NCBI RefSeq assembly: GCF_001194135.2
Contig: NC_068987.1
Span: 25,278,240-25,342,239 of the forward strand
From: Octopus bimaculoides
Lineage: Eukaryota
Length of the DNA: 64,000 nucleotides
Direction: 5' to 3'
A program made the translations under genes and the position numbers. The number at the start of each line of letters is the position of its first letter. The stretch's first letter is position 1. The notes under the pieces were generated by a model. That model saw nothing but the letters and a program-made list of their open reading frames with translations. It had not been told where the DNA came from and searched no databases. This document shows, one piece after another, positions 63,267 to 64,000 of this stretch.

Positions 63267-63633
63267 ACTCTCTTTCTCTCATCTTTTGATTTCATTTTCT
63301 TTTTTTCTTGTGTTTCCGAAACATCTCATCCGTTTTGTCATTCATGCTTCACTTCGTCTTGGATACATAGATTCTAGTAGATCAATAATCAATAATCCAC
63401 ATCATCTGGTTAGAGATTTATGACCCGAAACCATTCATTAAAAATCAGGAAACATTTTACCTATTCCAACTGAAAAGCATTTCAGTGAAACAGACCAATG
63501 CCGGACTTCCTTCATGCTGTTTTCTACAAAATTAATTTATTTTTATGTAATATTACTACCGGATATTGACTTAGAAATTTGGCAGAAGGTGTATATTTCT
63601 TCTCGTGCGAATATGAAGCAAAACATTTAGAAT

Positions 63634-63635
63634 TA

Positions 63636-63703
<68 letters not shown>

Positions 63704-63735
63704 GTTGTTGTTGTTGTTGTTGTTGTTATTGTTAT
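63634..63735. repeat. (ATT)n grading into (GTT)n
   Basis: Directly visible. Confidence 0.95.
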
Positions 63736-64000
63736 TTCTTTCGTATCCAGTGAGCTAATGATAAATGCAACAGTATGCCCTGTATCAGTTTTAATGACAA
63801 ATCTTGAACATGTGTTATTTTATATTGAATCGAAATTAAACATGTTTAAATGGGTAGCATATACGCCCTCCCTCCACACACGTGGCACATGTGCACACAC
63901 ACACAGAAATTAACACTAAGGCGTATATATATATATATTTATCGTGTGTGTGTGTGTGTGTGTGTGTGTTTGTTGAGGCAAAGTTGCACGTAACATGTTT

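Noticed and set aside
147-64000. Most ORFs in the six-frame track (YIYIYI, THTHTH, SLSLSL, RERERE, poly-T/V/L, X-runs)
   Set aside because: They are translations of microsatellites, N-gaps or SINEs, with no domain-like content.
1-64000. CRISPR arrays, rRNA genes, prokaryotic operons
   Set aside because: No regularly spaced repeat-spacer array, no rRNA-like sequence; the DNA is eukaryotic and repeat-dominated.

Overview
AT-rich, repeat-dense eukaryotic DNA with many N-gaps, most of them next to microsatellites. The tRNA-derived SINE families and very high microsatellite load suggest a coleoid cephalopod (Octopus-like) scaffold; this is inference, not a database result. No intact protein-coding gene is visible, and nearly all ORFs in the supplied track are microsatellite, N-gap or repeat artefacts. 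Supported content: (i) three abundant SINE families (here A, B, C) plus CORE-like SINEs, many with clear target-site duplications (TSDs) and interchangeable 3' tails; (ii) decayed transposase/endonuclease remnants (mariner DD34D; R4/NeSL-like restriction-like endonuclease; a likely Penelope GIY-YIG C-terminus); (iii) two hAT-type MITEs sharing one 8-bp target, one carrying a 144-bp solo LTR; (iv) a fold-back element with a (CCCTAA)n(TTAGGG)n core; (v) one well-formed 54-nt candidate exon at 60955-61008. The most interesting signal is a set of minimal type I hammerhead-ribozyme folds in Penelope-like elements. One family has a non-canonical CCGAYGA core and occurs three times. At least two unrelated hammerhead-like families are also present.
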